From assembly GCA_044229975.1 (NCBI GenBank), contig JBGARZ010000026.1, positions 1-64,000 on the forward strand: a stretch of 64,000 nt of DNA. Direction: 5' to 3'. A program made the translations under genes and the position numbers. The notes below the pieces were generated by a model, which did no database searches, was not told the DNA's origin, and saw only the letters and a list, made by a program, of their open reading frames with translations. Positions 9,590 through 17,825 of this stretch are shown one piece after another (the first letter of the stretch is position 1; each line of letters begins with the position of its first letter). This DNA comes from Polyangiales bacterium (GTDB taxonomy: Bacteria; Myxococcota_A; Polyangia; Polyangiales; Ga0077539).

Positions 9590-10777
9590 CTAACCCCCCG
9601 CGTCCGCCCGCGCGGCAGAAGTCAACTGCGACGCCACTGTCGAAGGGCTGGCGCGCCTCTGCGCGAGGTAGTCGATCCTCGGGGGCGAGTGGTCGCTCCC
9701 AGTGCGGGCAAGCGGCGAGGCTTCGCGGACTTTTACAGGTCCACATAAGAGTGGTGTCGACGGCGCCCGAGACGCAGGGGCAGCCGCTCGGTGCGCCTCC
9801 TGCGCGAGCGCGTCGCTACGCCGCTGCATTTCCCGCTGCGTCGCGTTGATCCACGAGCCCAGGACCTTTGCCTCGCCGTCTCGTCCGCCCACCAACAGGG
9901 CGAGGTCGATGACCGGGCGCGACTCCTGGAGGAAGAGCGCACGTTCGCGAGCGAGCTCCATCATGACGACGAACTGCTCGCGGGTGACCTCCTCCTCGGC
10001 GAGACGCTCGACCAAGCGCCCTCGGAGCGCGCGGGGGTGTGTGCCGATCTTCCCCCGCGCATGGATGGAGATGAGGGCGAATACGTCCGCCTCCGTCAGC
10101 GTGGGTGCCGTGACTGCCGGCGTGACTGGCGCCGTGACGCTGGGACGTGACCCGCTCGCGGTCTCGCGCGTGGTGCCTGAGACCGGGGTCCCTACCGAAC
10201 GTTCCGAAGTCCCGGAAAGAGAAGGAGAGAGATTTTTCTTCTCTTCTCTGCTTTCCGGAATCAACGGGCGGGCGGGGGCGTGAAGCCCGTCACGGCCAGG
10301 GTCACGGCGCTCGTCACCGTGACCGTCACGCTCCGAGTCACCCTCCACGCGCGTGACGTCACGGTGTGACATCGCAGCGATGTCACGCGCGGGGTCACGC
10401 CCAGGGTCGGCGCTGGCTCGTTGTCGCTCCCGCTCGCGCTGCCTCCGCTTGCGCAGGGTCGCCGCGGCAGGTTGCTGTGTCGCTTTCTGCCCGGCGAAGA
10501 CCGGCAGGACGAGCGCCTCGTCCTCGCGCCTCATGGCTCCCGTCCGAACCCAGTTTTGCAATGCAGCGTCGAATGCGCGGCGTGCGCCCGGGCCCACGAG
10601 GAGACCGAGCGCCTCAAGTTCCCAGAAGACACGCTGCTCCGCCGTAGCGACGTCGTCGGTCGCCCAGCGGCGGGCCTCGCCGCGCCTCCAGAGCGGCAAG
10701 TAAAGGAGCCGGTCGATGCAGTCGAGGGAGAGGAACTCCGCGCGCCGGGCAAGGCGAGCAGGCGGGTGGTAACTCAT
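9590..10777 (-). CDS. Putative phage/integrative-element replication initiator (replisome-organizer-like)
   Basis: ATG 10777; basic RKRRQRERER segment followed by a low-complexity SHRDVT/RD../VTAPVT linker, an architecture typical of phage replication proteins; internal GTCAC array. Confidence 0.55.
   Translation of the reverse strand: MSYHPPARLARRAEFLSLDCIDRLLYLPLWRRGEARRWATDDVATAEQRVFWELEALGLLVGPGARRAFDAALQNWVRTGAMRREDEALVLPVFAGQKATQQPAAATLRKRRQRERERQRASADPGRDPARDIAAMSHRDVTRVEGDSERDGHGDERRDPGRDGLHAPARPLIPESREEKKNLSPSLSGTSERSVGTPVSGTTRETASGSRPSVTAPVTPAVTAPTLTEADVFALISIHARGKIGTHPRALRGRLVERLAEEEVTREQFVVMMELARERALFLQESRPVIDLALLVGGRDGEAKVLGSWINATQREMQRRSDALAQEAHRAAAPASRAPSTPLLCGPVKVREASPLARTGSDHSPPRIDYLAQRRASPSTVASQLTSAARADAGG
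10110..10398. repeat. Array of 15 GTGAC/GTCAC pentamers, many at 12-bp period, flanking an inverted-repeat purine/pyrimidine tract
   Basis: GTGAC at 10110, 10122, 10134, 10147, 10319, 10353, 10366; GTCAC at 10289, 10301, 10313, 10325, 10337, 10358, 10382, 10394; CCGGAAAG (10212) ... CTTTCCGG (10251). Confidence 0.8.
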
Positions 10778-11250
10778 CGCTTGCGCTCCGGCAGGGCTGA
10801 GGTTGCGGGGAAGCCGCCCGCGACCACCCGGACGTGTCGCCCAGAGCTGGCCGCGAGGGCAGCGAACCGATCGCGGTGAGCGTGCGGTGCGACGCGAGGC
10901 TGCGAACGCGCGGATTGAGCACGAGGCTCTGGGTCTGGCGCGACCACGTCGCTTACCGCCGACATGCGCAGTCGGCCCATCAGGCCCTCGCCCCACGCAG
11001 TGTGAGTAGTGCTACGTCGAGCGCCTCACGCGCGAGGTCGATCCGGCCTGCGGCGAGAGCCCGCAGGGCGCGTTCGATCGTCGCCGCGACGTCGGCGTCG
11101 CGCTGCGTGTCGATGCCCTGCGGGCGGTCGGAAAATACCTTGGTGGGCTCCAGGCTATCGGCCCGGGAGCCCCCCGAATGGGTCAGTGGGTGGGGAGGGG
11201 GGTCGTGGAAATCACGACGGATTCCGACGGAAGGTGGGTGGCTCGGGTGC

Positions 11251-11274
11251 TTCGATTCCTCTGTGCTTCCGTCA
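11251..11274 (+). other. 3' fragment of tRNA-Sec; probable attachment site (att) bounding the left-hand island
   Basis: TTCGATT-CCTCT-GTGCTTCC-G-TCA reads as T-loop, 5-nt T-stem strand, 8-nt acceptor strand ending CTTCC, and G discriminator (8/5 tRNA-Sec layout). The upstream bases do not complete the T-stem. Confidence 0.65.
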
Positions 11275-11934
11275 GAACGTCGCGCGAAACGACGCGCCCG
11301 GCATGCCCGCGAAGCCCGGCGAGATCGACCACGTCGGCCTCACCGCGGCGACCCGATCGTAGGCGACGTACTGCGCGGGCCGCACGATGCCCGCGATCAG
11401 CATCGCGAGCCCGGCGCCCTGCGCGAGCCCATCGAGCGCGAGCCAGAAGCCGACGGCGGTGGACACGCGATCTTCCGCGGCCATGTAAGCGAAGGGGCCC
11501 AGCACCGGCAGCACCAGCCACAGCTCGGGCTGCGAGCCCGATCGGTAGCTGGAGTCACTGCTGGCGAGCGTTCCGGCCATCGCGGTGAGGAGCCAGAGCG
11601 ACCCGAAGATGGTCGAGCCCGCCACGACGAGGCCGATGCGCGGACGGGTGACGAGACGCGCTCCGGGAGGAACGGGGGAACCTTCCTCGTAGGGGACGAG
11701 CACCGGTCGCGTGAGGCGATAGCCCCCCTGCATCGGGCCCGGCGCGGGAGCCATGTAGACCGGCGCCCCCGGCTGCTGCGCGTAGACCGGCACCCCCGGC
11801 TGCTGCGCGTAGACCGGCACCCCTTGTTGCGGTGGGTCGAGCGGAGGCGGGGGCGGGTAGGCGGGGCTCTGCGCCGCGGCCGTCAACGGCGCTGCGATCA
11901 GGGCCAACGTGAGGGCGATGGAGGACGTTTGCAT
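11272..11934 (-). CDS. Secreted/membrane hypothetical protein with Pro-rich N-terminus
   Basis: ATG 11934, signal peptide ..LTAAA|Q, PVYAQQPG repeats, three hydrophobic segments, C-terminal Phe. Confidence 0.75.
   Translation of the reverse strand: MQTSSIALTLALIAAPLTAAAQSPAYPPPPPLDPPQQGVPVYAQQPGVPVYAQQPGAPVYMAPAPGPMQGGYRLTRPVLVPYEEGSPVPPGARLVTRPRIGLVVAGSTIFGSLWLLTAMAGTLASSDSSYRSGSQPELWLVLPVLGPFAYMAAEDRVSTAVGFWLALDGLAQGAGLAMLIAGIVRPAQYVAYDRVAAVRPTWSISPGFAGMPGASFRATF
11755..11830. repeat. 27-bp coding tandem repeat (QQPGVPVYA)
   Basis: GTAGACCGGC recurs at 11755, 11782 and 11809. Confidence 0.85.
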
Positions 11935-12066
11935 CGTCGATGGATCATCACCCCAAACGCGATCGAGTGTCGATCGACCGGCGTGACGTCGATCCGGGTG
12001 CGACACGCTCACACCTTCGACGTTCCTTGTCATCGCGACGGCGGAGCGATAGACGCGGAGCCACCG

Positions 12067-13653
12067 ATGACCCCGTGGATCACTCGCGTCGCCTGCTGGT
12101 CTGCCGCGGGCTACGGGCTCGGCCCGCTGGTCGACGCCGCCGCCGCCGGGCGCTCGCGATGGAGCCCGGTGCCCTACGACGTCGCGGGCTTGCCGTCGCC
12201 CTTCGCGGCGCTCCTCGACCAGCGCGTGTCCGCCACCGACGCCCTCGCCCGCGTCGTGCGCGATGTCCTGCCCGACGAGCGCCCCTGCGGGCTCGTCGTC
12301 GCCACCACCTCGGGGGACATCACCGGGCCCTTCGAGGCGTGGTTCGATGCGGGCGCCGACCCTGCGCGTGAGTGCCTCTGGCGGCAGCAACCGACGCGCT
12401 CGCTCGCGCCACTGGGGCTCGCTCCCGCGGTGACCGTCTCGGTAGCGTGCGCGTCGGGCAGCGCAGCGTTTGCCATCGCCGACCTGTGGTTGCAGGCGGG
12501 CCGCTGCGAGCGCGTCATCGTGGCGGGCGTCGATGTGCTGTCGCTCTTCGTTCACGCGGGCTTTGGCAGCCTCGGGGCGTTGGCGGCGAGCGAGCTACGG
12601 GCGTTTCGCGCCGACCGCGACGGGCTCGTGCTCGGCGAGGCGGCGGCCGCGCTGCTGTTGGAAACGCCAGAGTCCGCGCGACGGGCGGGGCGATCGGCAC
12701 GCGCGGGTCTGCTCGGGTGGGGACTGTCGCAGGACGCGCTGCACCTCACGGCCCCCAACCCCGAAGGCCGCGGCCTCGAACGCGCCGCCCGCGCCGCGCT
12801 GGCCATGGCGGGCCTCGCTGCGGGTGACGTCGACGCCGTCAGCGCGCACGCCACGGGGACGCGACACAACGACGCCATGGAGGCGCTCGCGCTCGCGCGC
12901 TTGTTCGAGGGTGAGGCGCCCGCCCACGCGCCAAAGTCGGTGCTCGGACACACGCTCGGTGCCGCAGGAGTGATCGAAGCCGCGCTCCTGCTCGCGCTCC
13001 TCGAAGGCGCACCGCCGCCGCCTGCGCCCGGGCCGTCGAGCGCGGATTGTCCGGTGCGCTTCTCATCGCCGCGCGACCCGCGAGTGGGCTTGTCGCTCAA
13101 CGCGGCGTTCGGAGGCGTCAACGCGGCCATCGTACTCGGCCCGGTGGAAACCCCTCGCCCGGCCGTCGCGCCGCATCGCCTCGTCGAGATCGCCCGCGCC
13201 GAGGTCGTCGCGACCGACCTGCCGGTGGCGTCGCTCTGGTCGCCCACCCAGCCGCGCCTCGGTCGCACCGATCGCTACTCCCGCGCCGGCGTCGCGCTGA
13301 TGCGTGACGTTCGCGCACACCTCACCGAGGACTCCACCACGGTGCTCACCAGCCGCACCAACTGTCGCGCGGCCGACCTCCGCTGGCAGACATCACTGCG
13401 TCGCCATGGCCCGACCGGGGCGTCGCGGCTCGACTTCGCGTACACGATCCCCGGGGCGCCACTGGCTGAAGCGTCGATGCTGGCGGGCGTTCGCGGGCCG
13501 GCGCTGATGTTGTGCGACGAACCCGAGGAGGGTCGCTGGCTGGCCCGCGCGCTCGCGTCCCAATCGTCCGCCGGTGCGGTCTCGTTGGACGTCGAGGCGC
13601 CCGCCGAGGAGGCGCGCGGGGAGGCCGTCGTGTACGGTGCGGCGGGCCGCTGA
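12067..13653 (+). CDS. Beta-ketoacyl-ACP synthase fused to a C-terminal truncated non-catalytic KS/CLF-like domain
   Basis: ATG 12067; VACASG (Cys), SAHATGT..ND, KSVLGHTLGAAG, AFGG.N; then ~170 aa with RTDRYSR and FAYTIPG. Confidence 0.85.
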   Translation: MTPWITRVACWSAAGYGLGPLVDAAAAGRSRWSPVPYDVAGLPSPFAALLDQRVSATDALARVVRDVLPDERPCGLVVATTSGDITGPFEAWFDAGADPARECLWRQQPTRSLAPLGLAPAVTVSVACASGSAAFAIADLWLQAGRCERVIVAGVDVLSLFVHAGFGSLGALAASELRAFRADRDGLVLGEAAAALLLETPESARRAGRSARAGLLGWGLSQDALHLTAPNPEGRGLERAARAALAMAGLAAGDVDAVSAHATGTRHNDAMEALALARLFEGEAPAHAPKSVLGHTLGAAGVIEAALLLALLEGAPPPPAPGPSSADCPVRFSSPRDPRVGLSLNAAFGGVNAAIVLGPVETPRPAVAPHRLVEIARAEVVATDLPVASLWSPTQPRLGRTDRYSRAGVALMRDVRAHLTEDSTTVLTSRTNCRAADLRWQTSLRRHGPTGASRLDFAYTIPGAPLAEASMLAGVRGPALMLCDEPEEGRWLARALASQSSAGAVSLDVEAPAEEARGEAVVYGAAGR

Positions 13654-14441
13654 TGGCGCTGCTCGCCGCGCTCCGCTGGGCGCTCAACGTCGCGCTGTCG
13701 GCGTGCATGTTCGTGTACTTCGGCGTCGGCGGGCTCGTGCTCTCCTGGGTGGTGCTCCCGCTGGCCACTCTCGGAGTGAGCGACCCCGACGCGAAGGTGC
13801 GGCGCAGCCACGCCATCATCGCCCGCGGGTACGACTCCTTTCACGCGGTGATGCGCTGGTCGCGACAGTTGTATTTCGATCCGCGCGCCTGTGACGTGCG
13901 CCTCCCCTCCGGGCCCTGCGTGGTCATCGCCAACCACCCGACGCTCGTCGACACGACCGCCGTGATGACCCTCCTTCGCAGCGGTTGCCTCATCGTGAAG
14001 TCGTCGGTCTTCCGCTCTCCGTTGCTCCGAGGCTTGCACCGCCACGCGGCCAACATCGAGGCCGTCGAGGATGGTCCCGCGGGCGGCGAGGCGATCATCG
14101 ATGCCGCCCTCCAGCGACTCGCGCGCGGCTTCCCGGTGCTCATCTTCCCGGAGGGGACGCGCTCACCCGTGGGCGATGTGAGGCGCTTTCGTCGTGGCGC
14201 CTTCGAGATCGCCGAGCGCGCTGGAGTGCCGCTCGTGCCACTGCTCATCACCTGCAACCCGCCGCGCATGACGAGGGACTTCCCCTGGTGGAAGCAGCCC
14301 AGGCGCCTCGCGCAACTGCGCATCACCGCCCTCCCCACGGTCGACCTGGATGGGCTGCGCGGCTCGCTCGCGATTGCGCGGCATCTACAGGGTCTGTATC
14401 ATCGCGCCCTCACCTCAACGGCCTCCGAAACTCGCTCATGA
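13653..14441 (+). CDS. Lysophospholipid (PlsC-type) acyltransferase, ApeD-like
   Basis: NHPTLVD and IFPEGTRS motifs; TGATG coupling with the upstream gene. Confidence 0.9.
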   Translation: MALLAALRWALNVALSACMFVYFGVGGLVLSWVVLPLATLGVSDPDAKVRRSHAIIARGYDSFHAVMRWSRQLYFDPRACDVRLPSGPCVVIANHPTLVDTTAVMTLLRSGCLIVKSSVFRSPLLRGLHRHAANIEAVEDGPAGGEAIIDAALQRLARGFPVLIFPEGTRSPVGDVRRFRRGAFEIAERAGVPLVPLLITCNPPRMTRDFPWWKQPRRLAQLRITALPTVDLDGLRGSLAIARHLQGLYHRALTSTASETRS

Positions 14442-14707
14442 ATCGCCTGGAAGACGAACTGAAGCAGCTCATCGTCGAGGCCCTCTTCCTGGAGTCGGTG
14501 AAGCCCCAAGACATCGACGCCGAGGCGCCGCTCTTTGGCGCCGGCCTGGGTCTCGACTCCATCGACGCGCTCGAGCTCACCCTCGCGGTGGAGCAGCGCT
14601 ACCAGGTGAAGATCCGCCCCGAGGACGAGAACGTGAAGGCGATCTTCGGATCGGTTCGCAACCTCGCGGCGCACATCGCGCGGCAACGGCCCGACGCCGG
14701 AGGCTGA
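14438..14707 (+). CDS. Acyl carrier protein (ApeE-like)
   Basis: PLFGAGLGLDSIDALEL phosphopantetheine motif; ATG 14438. Confidence 0.93.
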   Translation: MNRLEDELKQLIVEALFLESVKPQDIDAEAPLFGAGLGLDSIDALELTLAVEQRYQVKIRPEDENVKAIFGSVRNLAAHIARQRPDAGG

Positions 14708-14711
14708 CCGC

Positions 14712-14963
14712 GTGACGCGCGACGAGGCCCTGGCCGAGGTGACCCGCGCCCTCGTGAAGCTCTTCGAGCTCGACCCCGCGGACGTGCGACCCGACGCGCG
14801 GCTCGGCGCCGACCTCGAGCTCGACAGCATCGACGCCGTCGACCTCGCGGCCCACCTCCAGACGCTCACCGGACGACGCGTCGACGACGCCGAGCTGCGC
14901 AAGGTCCGCACCGTCGACGACGTGGCGACGCTGCTACACCAGATGCTCCAGACGCGGGGCTAA
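14712..14963 (+). CDS. Acyl carrier protein (ApeF-like)
   Basis: DLELDSIDAVDL motif, RKVRTVDDV. Confidence 0.93.
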   Translation: MTRDEALAEVTRALVKLFELDPADVRPDARLGADLELDSIDAVDLAAHLQTLTGRRVDDAELRKVRTVDDVATLLHQMLQTRG

Positions 14964-14967
14964 CGCG

Positions 14968-16155
14968 ATGATCGCGAGCGACGTCGTCATTATCGGCGCG
15001 GGCCCCACGGGCTGCGCGCTGGGTTCGTACCTCGCGCGGCGTGGCGCGAAGGTCACGCTGGTCGAAGCCGTCGAGCGACCCGACAGCATGGTCGGCGAGT
15101 CGATGCTGCCGGAGTCGACGCTCGTCTTCGAGGAGCTCGGGCTCGACCTCACTGGCTTCGTGGTGAAGCGCGGTGCGGTGTTCTGCCTCGATGGGCGAGC
15201 GGTGCGCTTCGACTTCTCGGAGGCCGAGGTGCCGCGCTACCCGTCCGCGTGGCAGGTGCAGCGCGAGGTGTTCGATCTGCGCTGGCGCGACGTCGCCCGC
15301 CGCCACGGCTGCGCCATCGTCCACGCCACGGCGCAGGACGTCGACGTCGCGCACGGCACGCTCTCGACCACCGCGGGAGACCTCCACGCCGAGCGCATCA
15401 TCGACGCGGGCGGACGCTCCATGTGGATGTCGCGCAAGCTCGGGCTGCGCCTCGGTGACCCCGCGCTCAAGAACTCCGCCGTCGGTACGCGCATGCGCGG
15501 CGTGAAGCTGGTCGCGCCCGACGAGCCCGGCGACATCACCATCTGCTGCATCCCCGACGGCTGGATCTGGATCATCCCCTTCGGCGACACCATCGCCTCG
15601 GTGGGCGTCGTGATGACGCCGGAGTCGTCCCTTCGTGGCACCGCCGAGGAGCGACTGCGCGCCGCCATCGCCTCATCGCCCGACGCGCGCGCCCGCCTCG
15701 ACGGCGCCGAGCGGGTGCTCCCGCTCAGGGGCTTGCAGGACTTCACCGCGACGTCGACGTCGTTCTACGGCGACGGCTTCGCGCTGTGCGGCGACGCGGC
15801 GACGTTCATCGACCCGGTGTTCAGCTCCGGGGTGTTGCTGGGGCTGCGCGGAGCGAGACAGCTCGCGGCGGCCCTCGACGGCGGCGACCTCGACGCGTGG
15901 CAGGCGGAGTACCGCGAGGGCGCCGGGGTCTTCCGGCGGGTCATCGATCGCTGGTACGCGGGCGACTTCATGACCGTCGCGCTGGCCGAGCCGCGGGTGC
16001 AGAAGCCCTACTACCGCAAGGGGATCGTGAGCCTCCTCGCGGGCGACGTCTTCGCGCCCGAGCGACGAACGCCGCGCGAGATGGCGCGTCGCATGGGCGA
16101 CATCGCCGAGCGGCTGCGGGTCATGGGCGGGTCGCTCGCGGCGGCGGAGCGGTGA
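14968..16155 (+). CDS. Flavin-dependent halogenase-like FAD oxidoreductase
   Basis: GAGPTG, VGESMLP, GFVVKRGA (candidate catalytic Lys), GWIWIIP (WxWxIP), GDAATFIDPVFSSGV. Confidence 0.85.
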   Translation: MIASDVVIIGAGPTGCALGSYLARRGAKVTLVEAVERPDSMVGESMLPESTLVFEELGLDLTGFVVKRGAVFCLDGRAVRFDFSEAEVPRYPSAWQVQREVFDLRWRDVARRHGCAIVHATAQDVDVAHGTLSTTAGDLHAERIIDAGGRSMWMSRKLGLRLGDPALKNSAVGTRMRGVKLVAPDEPGDITICCIPDGWIWIIPFGDTIASVGVVMTPESSLRGTAEERLRAAIASSPDARARLDGAERVLPLRGLQDFTATSTSFYGDGFALCGDAATFIDPVFSSGVLLGLRGARQLAAALDGGDLDAWQAEYREGAGVFRRVIDRWYAGDFMTVALAEPRVQKPYYRKGIVSLLAGDVFAPERRTPREMARRMGDIAERLRVMGGSLAAAER

Positions 16156-16156
16156 C

Positions 16157-16771
16157 GTGCGCGCGCTCGCCAGGGTGGTCGGCGTGGTGCTCGCGATCGC
16201 ATACCCAGCGGTGCTCTACGTGGGCTTCACCCGCTGGAGCGTTCGCTCGGTGGGCCTCGCCGTCGCCTCGCTCGCGGCGCTGCGCGCGCTCGTCTCCCTC
16301 GCGGGTCGGTCGCGCGATGACCTCGGCGCCGTCGCCCGGACGGTCGCTCCCGTGGCGGCGCTCGCGGGTCTGTCCGCGGTGGTCGGTGATCCGCGCTTCC
16401 TGTTGGCGCTGCCGGTGCTCATCAACGGCGCGCTGCTCGCGAGCTTCGGGGCCTCGCTGCGACACGGCACGCCCATGGTCGAGCGCTTCGCCCGCCTGCA
16501 GGTCGCCGACCTCTCCGACGCCGAGCGCGCTCACTGCCGCGAGGCGACCTTCGCGTGGTGCGTGCTCTTCGTGGTCAACGCGTCGGTCTCTGCCGCCCTC
16601 GCCGTCGCGGGTCAGCTCCGCGCGTGGGCCGTCTACACCGGCGCCGTGGCGTACGCGCTCATCGGGCTGCTCTTCGCGGCGGAGTTCGTCGTGCGCACCT
16701 ACCGCTTCCGCGCGCTCCGTCGCACGCCTGTCGATCGACTCTTTGCGCGCATCTTCCCGGTGACGACGTGA
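16157..16771 (+). CDS. Membrane protein, COG4648/ApeG-like
   Basis: Multiple TM segments; LPVLIN..LL..FG.SL....PMVERFARL, W..Y.G..AY.L.G.LF..E..VR. Confidence 0.85.
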   Translation: MRALARVVGVVLAIAYPAVLYVGFTRWSVRSVGLAVASLAALRALVSLAGRSRDDLGAVARTVAPVAALAGLSAVVGDPRFLLALPVLINGALLASFGASLRHGTPMVERFARLQVADLSDAERAHCREATFAWCVLFVVNASVSAALAVAGQLRAWAVYTGAVAYALIGLLFAAEFVVRTYRFRALRRTPVDRLFARIFPVTT

Positions 16772-17085
16772 TCGAGACTCGCACCTGGGACATCCCCCTC
16801 CCCGCCGACCTTCGGTACTTCGAGGGCCACTTCGAGGGCGCCCCGGTGCTGCCCGCGGTGGCGGCGCTCCAGTGGCTCACGCTGCGCTGCGCCCGCGAGG
16901 CGTGGCCCGAGCTCGGTGCACCGCGACGTCTCAGCGCGCTCAAGTTTCGGCGGGCGCTGCGGCCGGGAGACGCCGTGCGCGTCACCCTCTCGCGCGTCAG
17001 CCACACCGTCGACTTCACCCTCGCCACCGACGGGGTGACCGCCGCCAGCGGTCGCGTCGAGTTTCCGCCACCCTCGCGAGCCTGA
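16768..17085 (+). CDS. Hotdog-fold dehydratase (ApeI-like)
   Basis: GTG 16768 overlapping the upstream stop; YFEGHFEGAPVLPAV, LKFRR.LRPG. Confidence 0.85.
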   Translation: MIETRTWDIPLPADLRYFEGHFEGAPVLPAVAALQWLTLRCAREAWPELGAPRRLSALKFRRALRPGDAVRVTLSRVSHTVDFTLATDGVTAASGRVEFPPPSRA

Positions 17086-17087
17086 GC

Positions 17088-17825
17088 ATGTTTCGCCCCT
17101 GCGCCGTGGTGCCCACATACAACAACCCCGCCACCGTGCGCGGCGTCGTCGAGCGCCTCCGCGCCCACCTCGCCGACGTCATCGTCGTCGACGATGGCGG
17201 TGACGACGAGGCTCGCTCGGTGCTCGATGGCATCACCCGCGACGGCCTCGCCGACGTGCTTCGACGCGTCCGCAACGGCGGCAAGGGCGCCGCTGTAAAA
17301 GACGGGCTCCGACGCGCCGACGCGCTCGGGTTCACCCACGCGCTCCAGGTGGACGCCGACGGTCAGCACACGATCGAAGACGCGCCGCGCCTGCTCGATG
17401 CGGCGCGCGACAACCCGGCAGCGCTGGTGCTCGGAGCGCCGGTGTTTGATGCGTCGGCGCCGTCCGTTCGCATGCGCGCCCGCGAGATCACCCGCTTCTG
17501 GACCAACGTCGAGTCGGGCGGGCGCGTCATCGACGACCCGATGTGCGGCTTCCGCGTGTACCCGGTGCGCGCGGCGCTCGCGGCCAACGCGCGCGGCGAC
17601 GCGATGGACTTCGACCCGGAGGTCGCCGTTCGCATGGTGTGGGGGGGCGTCGCCGCCATCAATGTTCCGACGCGGGTGCGCTACGTGCCGCGCGAGGAGG
17701 GCGGCGTCTCGCACTTCCGACTCGGGCGCGACAACGTGCTCATCTCGTGGATGCACACCCGCCTCATGCTGCTCCGCATCGGGCGCTCGCTGCGGATCGT
17801 TGGGCCCGCGCCGAGGCTGCCGTGA
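17088..17825 (+). CDS. Glycosyltransferase family 2 (ApeJ N-half-like)
   Basis: VVPTYNN, VVDDGG, NGGKGAA, QVDADGQH, D.MCGFRVYP, GVSHFR..RDN. Confidence 0.92.
   Translation: MFRPCAVVPTYNNPATVRGVVERLRAHLADVIVVDDGGDDEARSVLDGITRDGLADVLRRVRNGGKGAAVKDGLRRADALGFTHALQVDADGQHTIEDAPRLLDAARDNPAALVLGAPVFDASAPSVRMRAREITRFWTNVESGGRVIDDPMCGFRVYPVRAALAANARGDAMDFDPEVAVRMVWGGVAAINVPTRVRYVPREEGGVSHFRLGRDNVLISWMHTRLMLLRIGRSLRIVGPAPRLP

Noticed and set aside
10980..11270. Short minus-strand frames (EAQRNRST...; ...VAATIERALRALAAGRIDLAREAL...) that could be the tail of an integrase gene spanning attP
   Set aside because: No canonical start, the pieces are in different frames and no catalytic motif is present; noted only as weak context for the att finding.
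10834..12066. N-terminal 411 aa of the 939-aa ORF in the track
   Set aside because: Arg/Pro-rich shadow overlapping a real minus-strand gene (11272-11934); KS homology starts at ATG 12067.
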